Shown here piece by piece: positions 9,923-20,085 of a stretch of 64,000 bases of DNA (the first letter of the stretch is position 1; the number at the start of each line of letters is the position of its first letter). This stretch comes from Dehalococcoidia bacterium. Its GTDB lineage: Bacteria > Chloroflexota > Dehalococcoidia > Bin125. A program made the position numbers and the translations under genes. The stretch is from the NCBI GenBank assembly GCA_965263065.1, contig CBDHGH010000003.1, forward strand, positions 1,156,537 through 1,220,536, written 5' to 3'. Below the pieces are notes generated by a model. It was not told the DNA's origin, searched no databases, and was given only the letters and a program-made list of their open reading frames with translations.

Positions 9923-10690
9923 ATGGATCGCTTTCCCGACCGCGCGTGGGATCCCGGCCGCGCCGACATCGCGCGGCTGCTGCGCGACGCCGTCGTGACG
10001 GACTCCGGCCTGATCCCCTCCGCGTCGAACTACGTCTTCGTGCTGAGCCTGGCCGCCCCCGGCGACGCGGACGGCGATCCGGGCCCCGGCGCGGCGGTCT
10101 ACAAGCCCGCGCGCGGGGAAGCGCCGCTGTGGGACTTCCCGCCCGACATCTACCGCCGCGAGGTCGCCAGCTACGTCGTCTGCGAGGCGATCGGCTGGCG
10201 GCTGGTGCCGCCCACGATCGTGCGCGACGACGGCCTGCCGCACGGCCCGGGCTCGCTGCAAGCCTTCATCCCCAGCGACTACACGCGCACCTACTTCGAG
10301 CTGCGCGACGTGCACGCCGACGCGATGCGCCGCATGGCGACGTTCGACTGGCTGACGAACAACGCCGACCGCAAGGGCGGCCACGTTTTGCTGGGCGAGG
10401 ACGGCACGATCTGGGGCATCGACAACGCGCTCTCGTTCCACGTCGAGGACAAGCTGCGCACCGTGATCTGGGACTACGCCGGCGAGCCGGTGCCCGAGCC
10501 CCTGCTGTCCGACGTGGAGGCGTTCCTGCCGCAGCTGCGCCCGGAGTCCGCCCTGTGGGCGTCGTTGTCGGAGTACCTGGACGCGGCCGAGTGCGCCGCG
10601 CTGCGCGGCCGGGCCGAGCAGATCCTGGAGTCGCGCGTCTTCCCGCAGCCGCCCGAGGGGCGCCGTCCCTACCCCTGGCCGCTGATCTAG
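9923..10690 (+). CDS. SCO1664-family protein (PI3/PI4-kinase-like / HipA_C-like fold)
   Basis: 255 aa with ASNYVFVLSL, DWLTNNADRKGGHVLL and GIDNALSFH (DNxDRH-like catalytic loop). The family name is from memory of TIGR03843. Confidence 0.6.
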   Translation: MDRFPDRAWDPGRADIARLLRDAVVTDSGLIPSASNYVFVLSLAAPGDADGDPGPGAAVYKPARGEAPLWDFPPDIYRREVASYVVCEAIGWRLVPPTIVRDDGLPHGPGSLQAFIPSDYTRTYFELRDVHADAMRRMATFDWLTNNADRKGGHVLLGEDGTIWGIDNALSFHVEDKLRTVIWDYAGEPVPEPLLSDVEAFLPQLRPESALWASLSEYLDAAECAALRGRAEQILESRVFPQPPEGRRPYPWPLI

Positions 10691-10776
10691 GTCGCCCTCT
10701 GCTTGGACGCCCACAAGGGGCGCCCCGACAGTGTCCCCGCCGTCCGTCGGGGCGACCCTTGTGGTCGCCCACGAAC

Positions 10777-11544
10777 TCAGACGTCGTGGGCGTTGCGGAC
10801 GAGGATGCGCCCGGGCCCGCCGTCGAGGGGGATCGTCTTGACAGCCAGGGCGACGCGGTTGCCCGCGTCGAGGGCGTCCCAGTAGGTCGCGAGCACGTGG
10901 CCGACGCCGCCCGCGAGCGGCAGCCAGAGCGGATCGCCGCGGAACGGCGGCAGCGGATCGCCGTCGCCGGCGTAGGTCGTGATGCCCAGGCCCAGGCCGG
11001 GCGGCGGCAGCGCCGGGCGCGTCGTGATGCGGTCCGACTGCGCGGCGTCGGCGTCGGCGGCGCGCAGGATGCTGATCGCCATCCGTGGGGACACGCCGTG
11101 CATGTGGCCGCGCAGGTCGAGCAGACCGCTGATGCGGGGCGTGTAGTTGGGGGCGTCGTCCTCGCGCTCGCGGGTGGCGAGGGCGTCCTCGAAGCTCCCG
11201 CCCGCGGCCAGCCCCTCGACGATCGTGCGCGACTGGTCGCCGTTGGAGACGACGTAGAGGTCGGGCAGTTCGAGCATCGCCTCGTAGATCACGTTGGTCG
11301 GATCGCTGAGCTTGCCGGGGTCGACGGCCTCGGTGCGCATCGACGAACCGTCCACGACGAAGCGGCGGTTCCGGCTGTTCTCGCTGCGCCCCATGATCCA
11401 GTAGACCTGCAGCCAGGCCGCCCCGTCGGCGCTGCGACCGATGACGAGGCCGCGGCCCGGATAGGGGTTCTCGCGCAGGTGGCGCTGCAGATTGCCCTCG
11501 GCCACGGCGGGCAGGCCCGCGTCGGGGATGGGCATGGCGGACAT
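10777..11544 (-). CDS. purO: PurO-like IMP cyclohydrolase (archaeal type), translationally coupled to purH
   Basis: 255 aa, N-terminus ...ENPYPGRGLVIGRSADGAAWLQVYWIMGRSENSRNRRF. Its ATG overlaps the upstream AICARFT-only purH stop (TGATG). The context (purH lacking its cyclohydrolase domain) supports the call; sequence memory of PurO is weak. Confidence 0.55.
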   Translation of the reverse strand: MSAMPIPDAGLPAVAEGNLQRHLRENPYPGRGLVIGRSADGAAWLQVYWIMGRSENSRNRRFVVDGSSMRTEAVDPGKLSDPTNVIYEAMLELPDLYVVSNGDQSRTIVEGLAAGGSFEDALATREREDDAPNYTPRISGLLDLRGHMHGVSPRMAISILRAADADAAQSDRITTRPALPPPGLGLGITTYAGDGDPLPPFRGDPLWLPLAGGVGHVLATYWDALDAGNRVALAVKTIPLDGGPGRILVRNAHDV

Positions 11545-12720
11545 CAGTGCCGGAACAATCGCAGGCCCGAGAGGGCCATGGTCATGCCGTACTCGTCGGC
11601 GGCGGCGGTGACGCCCGCGTCGGCGATGCTGCCGCCGGGCTGCAGGACGTAGCGCACGGCGCTGGCCTGCGCGCGGTCGATGTTGTCGCGGAAGGGCAGG
11701 AAGGCGTCGTGACTGAGGACGGTGCGGAAGCCCGTAATCCAGTCGCGGCGTTCGGCGTCGGAGAGGGGCTCGACGGGGGCGGTGAAGTGGTCGCGGAGGT
11801 GGGCGCGCTCGGGCTCGGACAGCTCCGCCCAGGCGATGAACTGCTCGCGGGCGGTGAAGCGCTCGGGCCGCTTGATGCCGGCGACGAAGGGCAGCGCCAG
11901 CACGCGCGGGTGCTGTTGCAGCATCCAGCGGTCGGCCTTGCCGCAGGCGATGCGCGAGCAGTGAATGCGCGACTGCTGCCCCGCGCCCAGCCCGATCACC
12001 TGACCGTCGGCGGCGAGGCAGACGGAGTTCGACTGCGTGTAGCGCAGCGCGATCGTCGCGACCATGAGGTCGCGGACGGCGTCGGGCGGGAAGTCGCGCT
12101 CACGGGTGACGACGTTGCCCAGCAGGTCCGGCGTGATGGGCGCGCTGTCGGCGGGCGCCTCCAGCGTCAGCCCGAAGGCCGAGCGGCGCTCGATGGCGGG
12201 CGTCTCGAAGTCGGGGTCGGCCTGGATGACCAGGTAGCGGCCGCCCTTCTTGGCGCGCAGGATCTCCAGGGCGTCGTCGTCGAAGGCGGGGGCGACGATG
12301 CCGTCCGACACCTCGCGCTTGAGCACCTGCGCAAGCGACACGTCGACGCGGTCGCTGACGGCCGCGACGTCGCCGTAGGAGGAGACGAGGTCGCCGCCGC
12401 GGGCGCGCACGTAGGCCGTCGCGACGGGGGAGAGTTCGCGGTCGCCGACCTGGTAGGCCGCGCGCAGGGCGTCGGAGAGGGGCAGCCCGATGGCGGCCCC
12501 GGCGGGGCTGACGTGCTTGAAGCTGGCCCCGGCGGGCTCGCCCAGCGCGGCGCGCAGCTCCCGCACGAGTTGCCAGGCGGAGATCGCGTCGAGCAGGTTG
12601 ATGTAGCCGGGGGCCCCGTTGAGGACGCGGAACGGACCGGGACCGTCCCCATCGACGACGGCGCGGGCCGGCGTCTGATGCGGGTTCAGGCCGTAGCGCA
12701 GCGCGATCTCGCGATCCATG
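11544..12720 (-). CDS. purH: phosphoribosylaminoimidazolecarboxamide formyltransferase (AICARFT domain only, no IMPCH/MGS domain)
   Basis: MDREIALRYGLNPHQ, FKHVSPAGAA and SHDAFLPFRDNID ... GGSIAD motifs are present. It is ~390 aa from the ATG at 12720 (GGAGGA 7 nt upstream). The ORF extends to 12806 but that start lacks a Shine-Dalgarno. Confidence 0.85.
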
Positions 12721-12802
12721 CCAGCCGTCCTCCGCGCCGTGGTTCGGGCCGCCGGTCCAGCCGGCGCCGCCGATCCCTGGGTACCGAGGCGCGGCCCGCC
12801 CG

Positions 12803-13678
12803 TCAACCGACGAGGTCGCGCAGCGCCCCGCCGATCTCCGCGTGCCGGAACGCGTAGCCCGACTCCCGCGCCCGATCGGCGCTCACGCGCTGGCTCGCGG
12901 TGAGCACGCCGGCGCGCTCACCGAGCAGCAGCCGCAGCGCGATCGGGGGTGTCGGCATCAGGGCGGGACGGCGCAGCGCCGCGCCCAGCGCCTTGCCGAA
13001 GGCGGCGTTGGTCACCGGCGCCGGCGCGACGCCGTTCAGCGGCCCGTCCAGGCTGGGGCTGTCGATGGCGTGCAGGATCAGCCCCACGATGTCGTCGCGG
13101 TGGATCCAGGGCATGTACTGCCGCCCGCGACCGATGGGCCCGCCGGCGCCCAGCTTGAACGGCGGCAGCAGCTTCGCCAGCGCGCCGCCCTCGCGCGCCA
13201 GCACGACGCCGGTGCGCAGGGTCACGGTGCGCACTCCGGCCCCCTGCGCGGCCGCCTCCCAATCGACGCAGAGCCGCGCCAGGAAGTCGTCGCCGGGCGC
13301 GCTCGCCTCGGTCAACAGTTCGTCGCCGCGCGATCCGTAGATGCCGACGGCGGAGCCGGCGACGAGCACGGCCGGCTTCCCGGCCGTGGCCTGGATGGCA
13401 GCGACGATCCGCCGGGCCGTGTCGATGCGGCTGTCGCGCAGCTCCCGCTTGCGCCCGGCCGACCAGCGCTTGTCGGCGACGCCGGCCCCGGCCAGATGCA
13501 CGACCGCGTCCGCCTCGGCGATCGCGGCCGGGAGATCGTCCCAGGATCGCCAGTCGATGTCGCCGCCGTGGGCCCTGGGCGCGCGGGTGATGCCGGCCAC
13601 GTCATCGCCGCGGTCGCGCAGCGCCCCCGCCAGCGCCCCGCCGATCGTCCCGCTCGCGCCCGTCACGACCACACGCAT
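12803..13678 (-). CDS. TIGR01777-family NAD-dependent epimerase/dehydratase (YfcH-like, DUF1731 C-terminus)
   Basis: MRVVVTGASGTIGGAL Rossmann motif is present. The start is the internal ATG at 13678; the upstream ORF extension is Arg/Pro low-complexity. Confidence 0.8.
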   Translation of the reverse strand: MRVVVTGASGTIGGALAGALRDRGDDVAGITRAPRAHGGDIDWRSWDDLPAAIAEADAVVHLAGAGVADKRWSAGRKRELRDSRIDTARRIVAAIQATAGKPAVLVAGSAVGIYGSRGDELLTEASAPGDDFLARLCVDWEAAAQGAGVRTVTLRTGVVLAREGGALAKLLPPFKLGAGGPIGRGRQYMPWIHRDDIVGLILHAIDSPSLDGPLNGVAPAPVTNAAFGKALGAALRRPALMPTPPIALRLLLGERAGVLTASQRVSADRARESGYAFRHAEIGGALRDLVG

Positions 13679-13724
13679 GCGCCCATCCTTTCGCGTTGAC
13701 TGCCCGGCGCCCCGGCGACGCCGC

Positions 13725-14213
13725 TCAGGCCGGCGCCTTCGGCTCCTCGTCCGGCCCATCGGAGACGTCGTCGGGCGCGTCGTCGGACGCGGGCGCGGGC
13801 GGGGGCGGCCAGTCCGGCAGGCCGCCGGGGGGAACGTCCAGCCCAAGCGCTTTCCCGAGTTGCTCGGCCGTGGCGTCGTCGAGGCCGCCCAGGTCCTGGA
13901 ACTGGCGCGCGAGATCCCGCAGCTGGTCCTGCGTCACGCCCATGCTCTGCATCGTCTCGCGCACGAGCCGGCGGACCTCGTCGGTGTCGCCGCGGATCAG
14001 CGCGTCGGCCAGCTCGAGCTGCGTCTCGACGGCGCGGAAGCCGGCCCGGCGCTCGGTCTCGTTCTCGGTCGCGAGGAGGGTCGAGGCGAGGCGGGTGAAC
14101 AGGGTGGTGGTGCGGGCGATGCGCATGCGGTCGTCGGGGTGGGGCGGGAACTGCCCCGTGACCGTGACTTCGACCCCGGTGCGCTTGTCGGATGCGACGT
14201 ACTGATCTGCCAT
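13725..14213 (-). CDS. hypothetical protein with acidic Pro-rich C-terminus
   Basis: 162-aa ORF with no recognisable motif, sitting between the epimerase gene and ABC operon 1. Coding-like composition. Confidence 0.45.
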   Translation of the reverse strand: MADQYVASDKRTGVEVTVTGQFPPHPDDRMRIARTTTLFTRLASTLLATENETERRAGFRAVETQLELADALIRGDTDEVRRLVRETMQSMGVTQDQLRDLARQFQDLGGLDDATAEQLGKALGLDVPPGGLPDWPPPPAPASDDAPDDVSDGPDEEPKAPA

Positions 14214-14270
14214 GCCCCCAGCATATCCCCGTGGGGCATCGTGGGGGCGCGGCGTCCCCGCCCCTTCCGG

Positions 14271-15167
14271 CTAGTCGGCGCCGCGCAGGCGCGGATCCAG
14301 GAGGTCGCGCAGGACGTCCCCCAGCAGATTGAAGGATAGCACCGTCAGCACGATGGCCATCCCCGGGAAGATCGCCGGCCAGGGGTGCGTGGCCAGGTAG
14401 AGCTGTCCCCCCTTGAGCATGGTCCCCCAGGAGGGGTCGGGGGGCTGCGTCCCCAGTCCCAGGAAGGAGAGGGCCGCCTCGATGATGATCGCGAAGCCGA
14501 TGCCCAGCGACATCTGCACCAGCACGGGCGCCAGCACGTTCGGCGCGATGTGCCGGAAGAGGATGCGCGGGGTGGCCGCCCCCATCGCCTCGGCCGCCAT
14601 GACGTAATCGTTCTCCTTGGCCGACAGGGTGCTGCCGCGCACGATGCGGGCGTACAGGGGAACGAACACGACGCCGATCGCGATCATCACGTTGACCGAG
14701 CTGGAGCCCAACACGGCGATCATGATCAGGGCCAGCAGCAAGGCCGGGTAGGCGTACAGCGCGTCCATCACGCGCATCAGCCCCTCGTCCTTGCGGCCGC
14801 CGACGTAGCCCGCGACCAGGCCGTAGGGCAGCCCGATGCCCACCCCGATGCCCACGGAGATCAGCCCCACGACCAGGGCGGTCCGCGAAGCGTGGACGAG
14901 GCGGGAGTAGGTATCGCGGCCCAGCTTGTCGGCGCCGAACCAATGCTCCCCCGTCGGCGGGCTGAGGCCCGCGTCGCCGTCGAGCGCGATGGGATCATGG
15001 GTGGCGACGACCCCCGGGATGATCGCCGCGACGAGGACCACCAGCACGATCGCCAGGCTCACGACCCCCGCGGGCCGCTGACGGAAGCGCCGCGCGAACT
15101 CCCGCTCGCGCGCCCCACGGCGCTCGCGGAGTTGCAGGGGCGGGGCGCCGGTCTGCCGGTCACTCAT
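14271..15167 (-). CDS. ABC transporter permease (DppC/OppC-like)
   Basis: Six predicted TM segments, the EAA-like loop (AAEAMGAATPRILFRHIAPN) and an N-terminal cytoplasmic extension. It overlaps the upstream permease by 8 nt. Confidence 0.85.
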   Translation of the reverse strand: MSDRQTGAPPLQLRERRGAREREFARRFRQRPAGVVSLAIVLVVLVAAIIPGVVATHDPIALDGDAGLSPPTGEHWFGADKLGRDTYSRLVHASRTALVVGLISVGIGVGIGLPYGLVAGYVGGRKDEGLMRVMDALYAYPALLLALIMIAVLGSSSVNVMIAIGVVFVPLYARIVRGSTLSAKENDYVMAAEAMGAATPRILFRHIAPNVLAPVLVQMSLGIGFAIIIEAALSFLGLGTQPPDPSWGTMLKGGQLYLATHPWPAIFPGMAIVLTVLSFNLLGDVLRDLLDPRLRGAD

Positions 15168-16104
15168 AGCGGATCCGCGGATCCAGGAACGCGTAGGACA
15201 CGTCGACGGCCAGATTCGTCAGGGCGACGGCGCCGGCCAGCATGACCCCGATCGCCTGCACCGTCTGGAGCTCACGGTTGAAGACGGAGTCGACCAAGAG
15301 CTTGCCGACGCCCGGCAAGTTGAACACGCTCTCGATGATGACGAAGCCGCCCACGATCGTGGAGACCTGGATCCCCATCACCGTGACGACGGGGATGAGC
15401 GCGTTGCGGAACGCGTGCCGCACGATCACGCTCCGCTCGCGCAGGCCCTTGGCGTAGGCGGTGCGCACGTAGTCCTGCCGCAGCACGTCCACCAGGGCGG
15501 CGCGGGTCTGCCGCGCCAGGATCGCCGCCTGGGTCACACCGACCGCGAAGGCCGGCAAGGCGACCGAGCGCAAGTTCTGGACCGGGTCGTCGAGGAAGCT
15601 GGTGAAGCCGACGGCCGGGAACCAGCGGAATTGCACCGAGAAGAGCAGAATCAGCATCAGCGCCAGCCAGAAGTTCGGGATGGCGGCCCCCAGCACGGCG
15701 AGCGCGGTGCCCCCGTAGTCGAGGATGGTGTTCGGCCGCGCCCCGGCGAGCAGCCCCAGCGGGATCCCGATCGCGGTCGCGATCAGCATCGCCAGGATGC
15801 CCAGTTCGATACTGACCTCCAGGCGCTTGGCGATCAGGTCGCTGACTTCCTTGCCCGCGCGCGCACTCCGGCCGAGGTCACCCTGCAGCGCGTCCCCCAC
15901 CCAGTCGAAGTAGCGCACGACGACCGGCCGGTTGAGTCCCAGTTGCTCCCGCAGCGCCTCCAGGTGCCGGGTATCCGCCTCCATGCCCAGCATGGCGATG
16001 GCCAAGTCGCCGGGCAGCAGCGCCACGGCGAAGAACGTGATCGCCGAGATCAGGATGAGGACCGGGATCGTGACCAGGAACCGCCGGGCGATGTAGGTGG
16101 TCAT
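15160..16104 (-). CDS. ABC transporter permease (DppB/OppB-like)
   Basis: MTTYIARRFLVTIPVLILIS..., the RTAYAKGLRERSVIVRHAFRNAL EAA motif, 314 aa. Confidence 0.85.
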   Translation of the reverse strand: MTTYIARRFLVTIPVLILISAITFFAVALLPGDLAIAMLGMEADTRHLEALREQLGLNRPVVVRYFDWVGDALQGDLGRSARAGKEVSDLIAKRLEVSIELGILAMLIATAIGIPLGLLAGARPNTILDYGGTALAVLGAAIPNFWLALMLILLFSVQFRWFPAVGFTSFLDDPVQNLRSVALPAFAVGVTQAAILARQTRAALVDVLRQDYVRTAYAKGLRERSVIVRHAFRNALIPVVTVMGIQVSTIVGGFVIIESVFNLPGVGKLLVDSVFNRELQTVQAIGVMLAGAVALTNLAVDVSYAFLDPRIRYE

Positions 16105-16109
16105 CGTGT

Positions 16110-16360
16110 GCCCTCATGGGGGGCCTCGCTCCCTGACCCCCTCTCCCTGAGGGAGGGGGGGGGGGTGAGGGGGCCTCGGCGGGCGCGGGCCCTCCCCCTA
16201 GCCCTCTCCCAGAGGGAGAGGGAACCGGAGCCCCCTCTCCCTCTGGACGATGGAGAGGGGGAACGTGAAGCGTGCGCCATCACCCCTCCTCCTCCGGTCC
16301 CCCCTCTCCATTGCTCCGCAATGGAGAGGGGGTTAGGGGGTGAGGTCGGGGGGGCCGGCG
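16110..16360. repeat. cluster of GC-rich palindromic (REP-like) hairpin repeats, stem core CCCCTCTCC/GGAGAGGGG
   Basis: Examples: CCCTCTCCC-AGA-GGGAGAGGG (perfect), CCCCCTCTCC-(11 nt)-GGAGAGGGGG, CCCCCTCTCCATTGC-TCC-GCAATGGAGAGGGGG (15-bp stem), and an 11-G run. The cluster sits between the substrate-binding-protein and DppB genes. Confidence 0.75.
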
Positions 16361-16362
16361 GG

Positions 16363-18706
16363 CTACGTCGCCCAGCGGACGTCGTCCTGCCCGAAGTGGA
16401 ACTTGACGTCGCCGAAGAGCTCGAACTGGAGACCGGGGTCATGAGCGACGACGGCTTTGTAGTGGACGGTCTTCACCTGGTAGGAGCGTGATTCGGCGAC
16501 GCGGTTGAGTTCGCGCATCGCCTCGATCCTCGCCTGCAGTTCGAACGTCTCCTCCACCTTGACGAGGGCAGCCTGCACCTCCGGATCTTTGTCGGGCGGC
16601 AGCATGTGGTCATGGGGCCCGCCCTCGCCGACGTTCCAGAAGACCTGCTGCCAGATGTCGCCTCGCATCGACATGCCACCCATGAAGCCCCCGACTTCCT
16701 CCGCATACCACTCCGACCAGAAGGCGGGGTGGGGCTTCGCATCGATGTTCATCGTGATGCCGACCTGGGCGAGCGCGGCCTGGACGAACAGCGACTGGTC
16801 GATGTAGAGCGGGTCGTCGGCTTTGACATTCATGTTGAACTCGAGGCCGTCCTCGAAGCCGCCGGCGGCAAGGTGCATTTGCACGACCTCCGGGTCGAAC
16901 TCCCAGAAGCGCTCGTTCGGGTCGTGATAGATGACCGACGGACCATACCAGCCCCACAGCGCCGGCGTGTGGTAGCCGCCGAAGACCGTGTCGTTCAGTT
17001 CGGTGCGATCGAAGCCGGCGTTGAACGCATGGCGGGCGTGCGGATTGTTCCAGGGCTCGATGTTCGTGTTCATATTATAGAAGCCGGTGGTGTTCGATGG
17101 CTGGATGATGAGCTCGTACCCCGCATCCCTGATGCGGTCATGGTCCTCTTCCGCCGGGAAGCGGATGGCGTCGTAATCGCCGGCGAGGAGAGCGTTGGTG
17201 GCCCCAAACGTGGCATCCTCGCCCGCGTTGAAGGTGACGCCCTCGATGTGGGGCGCGTTGGGCTTCCAGTAGTTGGGGTTGGCGTCCATGACGAAGGGGC
17301 CGTCGAGGGACTCCTCGACGAAGACGTGGGCCCCGGTGCCAACGGGCGTGTTGCGGTTATTCAGCTCCGTGAAGTCGTCGAAGGAGTTCGGCGAGAGGAT
17401 CAGGCCGGCGCGGTCCCCGAGGATCCAGAGCAGCGGCGAGAACGGCCGATCCATCCGGAACGCCGCCGTCATCGTGTCGGTCTCTTCGACGCTCCCCACG
17501 GCGGCGAGGTCGCCCTTGATGGTCGAGGCCTCCAGCGTCTTGCCGCGCTCGATCCAGAGCCGCACCGCCTCCGCGGTGAGCGGCAGGCCGTCGTGGAACT
17601 GCACGTTCTCGCGGATGCTGAAGATCACGTTGAGCGGGTCCGGGGTCTCCCAGCTCTGGGCCAGGCTGCGGTCCGGCTGGGGCGTCAGGGACGCGTCGTA
17701 GGACACGAGGGGGTCGTAGAGACACCAGAGCATCGCGTGATCGTTGCCGTTCGTCCCGGTCCCCGCCTCGGTCCCGCCGAAGTTCGGCGTTGGGATGCGG
17801 ACACGGGGGCCCCGGAGGGCGGCGGCCGCCGTGGCCTGCGCCGCGGAGGCGGACTCGGCGGCCGTGGCGGCGGTGTCGGCGGCCTCCTGGGCCGCGTCGG
17901 CGGCCTCTTCGGCGGCGGCGACGGCGGCGGCGGCGGTCTCGGCCGCGGCTTCGGCGGCCTCTTCGGCGGCGGCGACGGCCGCGGCGGCGGTCGCGGCGGC
18001 AGTGGATGCGGCGGCTTCCGCGGCTGCGGACGCCTCCCCGGCTGCGGCCGCGGCCGCCGCCGCCGCCTCGGCAGCGTTGTCGATGGCGGCCTGGGCGGCC
18101 GCCGCGGTGGCCGTGCCGGCTTCGACGGCCGCGGCGACGTCGCGGGCGGCCTGGGCAGCGGCCTCGGCGGCCTGCGCGGCGGCGTCCGCGACGGCCGCGG
18201 CCGCGGCGTCACCGGCCGCGGATGCGGCGTCGGCAGCCTGGGCGGCAGCCGCAGCCGCGGCTTCCGCGGCGGCGGCCGCGTTGGCGGCGTCCTCCGACTC
18301 AGCGGCCTCGGCGGCCAAGGCGGCGGCCGCATCGGCGGCGCTGGCCGCCTGCGAGGCGGCGGCGGAGGCCTCGCCGGCGGCGTCTGCCGCGTCGGCCGCG
18401 GCGGCGGAGGCCTCGCCTGCGGCGTCTGCCGCGTCGGCCGCGGCGTCTGCCGCGCCGGCCGCGGTGGCGGCCGCGGCCTCGGAGTCGGCGGCGCGCGCCT
18501 CCCCGGCGGCGACCGCCGCGGCGGCGGCCTCTTCCGCGGCCGCGGCGGCCCGTTCGGCCGCCACGGCGCCGGCGTCGGGCCCGTCGTCGTCGCCGCAGCC
18601 GACCAGGGCCAGCCCGGCGGCCCCAACGCCCGCTTTGGCGCTGGCTCCCAACATGGTGCGGCGTGAGATCTTCCGCTGTCGCAGGGCGGTCCAGTAGTTG
18701 CTCATG
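16363..18706 (-). CDS. ABC transporter substrate-binding lipoprotein (family 5, peptide/nickel/opine type) with Tat signal and ~290-aa poly-Ala/Glu/Asp linker
   Basis: MSNYWTALRQRKISRRTMLGASAKAGVGAAGLALVGCGDDD has the Tat RR motif and a lipobox. Roughly 290 residues of A/E/D-rich low complexity follow, then the family-5 SBP domain. The ATG at 18706 is confirmed in sequence. Confidence 0.85.
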
Positions 18707-18897
18707 GTCGATTCCTTTCTGTGGAACGCGGGTGCCGCCCACCTGGGGACGGGCTCGCGAAACCAGAGCGGGCGCATTGTGACGCAAGGGGAGGGGGCAG
18801 TCAAGGTTTTGGGAAAGTTCTTTTTTACACTGTGGATAATCGGGATGCAGGGAACCTGCCCCCCTCTGTATCTCTGCATCAGGGTGTGGAGAGGGGG

Positions 18898-20085
18898 TCA
18901 GGGGGTGAGGTCGAGCGCCGCCGACAGCGCCGCGTCGTCGGTGGGCAGCGCCTCCACGACCCCCACCGCGTCGATCAGCACGTACGTCACGCTGGCCCCC
19001 GCCCCGAACAGCGCCGCGGCGTCGCGCTCCCAGACCAGGCTCGTGTACGCCGCGACCGTCGCCAGCGGCGCCGAGGGTGTGCGGGCAATCGCCGCCTCGA
19101 TCCCGGCCGCCGCCGCCGACTCCACGGCCCGGCGCAGTTCGTCGTCGCACTGCGTGCAGTTCGGGCGGGCGAAGACCAGCAGCACGGCCCGCCCGCGCTG
19201 GTCCGAGAGGCGCCAGCGCCGCCCCGGGTCGTCCGCGCTCGCCAGCACGCTGTCGTCCGCGCTCGCCAGCACGAGGTCCGGCGCGAGCGACCCCACCCGC
19301 ACCCCAATGCGCACCGCGTCGCCGGCCGCCGCCAGCAGCGCCGCCGGCAGCGCCTTCGGGCCCGGCGCCAGCAGCGGCCCCACCGGCTCGGCCAGCGTCG
19401 CGACCAGATCGGCCATCGCCTCCTCGAAGCTCGCGTCGGGCGCCTGGCCGCGGAAGATCGTGCGGATCACGCCGTCGGGCCCCAGGAACATCGTGTGCGG
19501 CGGCCCCAGCGTCCCGCCGATGCCGTAGCGCCGCGTGACGGCGCCGTCGAAGTCCATGGGCAGCGCGAAGTTGATCCCGAACTCCGCCGCGAAGTCCCCC
19601 GCCGGCGACCGCGCCTCCTCGATGTTGACCCCCACGACGATCAGCCCGGCCTCGCGGTACTGCTCCTGCAGCCGGATCAAGACCGGCATCTCGCGGCGGC
19701 AGGGGGCGCACCACGACGCCCAGAAGTTCAGCACCACCGGGTGCCCCGCCCAGTCCGACAGGCGGAAGCGCCCGCCGTCGAGGGTCTCCAGTTCGAAGTC
19801 GGGCGCGAGCCGGCCGATGGCGTCGTCAGGCGGCAGGGCCGCGTCGGGCAGGTCCGGGGGCAGCAGGTACGCCGGACGCGCCGCCGGCCCCAGGTCGCCG
19901 CCGCGGTCGGGCCCGGCGCCGTCGCCCAGCGTCAGCCAGAGCGGGATCGCGACCGCCAGCAGCACCAGCAGCGCCACGACCAGCGTGCGCGCGCCGTGGT
20001 ACTCGCGCGGGCGGGTGGGATGCTCGTCGGGGAAGCCGGCGCCGGCGCCGTCCGCCGCTGCGCTGTCCGAGTCGTCGCTGCTCAT
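18898..20085 (-). CDS. membrane-anchored TlpA/ResA-like thiol-disulfide oxidoreductase with a second degenerate redoxin-like domain
   Basis: An N-terminal TM helix, then LNFWASWCAPCRREMP (CxxC thioredoxin fold), then a second half carrying FARPNCTQCDDE. The ATG at 20085 follows GGGAG. Confidence 0.75.
   Translation of the reverse strand: MSSDDSDSAAADGAGAGFPDEHPTRPREYHGARTLVVALLVLLAVAIPLWLTLGDGAGPDRGGDLGPAARPAYLLPPDLPDAALPPDDAIGRLAPDFELETLDGGRFRLSDWAGHPVVLNFWASWCAPCRREMPVLIRLQEQYREAGLIVVGVNIEEARSPAGDFAAEFGINFALPMDFDGAVTRRYGIGGTLGPPHTMFLGPDGVIRTIFRGQAPDASFEEAMADLVATLAEPVGPLLAPGPKALPAALLAAAGDAVRIGVRVGSLAPDLVLASADDSVLASADDPGRRWRLSDQRGRAVLLVFARPNCTQCDDELRRAVESAAAAGIEAAIARTPSAPLATVAAYTSLVWERDAAALFGAGASVTYVLIDAVGVVEALPTDDAALSAALDLTP

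Noticed and set aside
17790-18640. The periodic GCC/GCG-rich DNA of the SBP linkers looked like a possible tandem-repeat or CRISPR-like array
   Set aside because: There is no fixed repeat-spacer periodicity. It is simple codon-level low complexity (Ala/Glu/Asp codons) inside a continuous ORF with a signal peptide upstream and a folded domain downstream.
16606-18782. Pro-rich (17685..18626 -), Ala-rich (17744..18697 +) and Arg-rich (17790..18782 +) ORFs of 300+ aa
   Set aside because: They are mirror or alternate-frame readings of the poly-Ala linker coding segment of SBP1 (GCN GCN... repeats read as Pro, Arg or Ala in the other frames). The same artefact occurs at 25803..26852 and 33757..35401.
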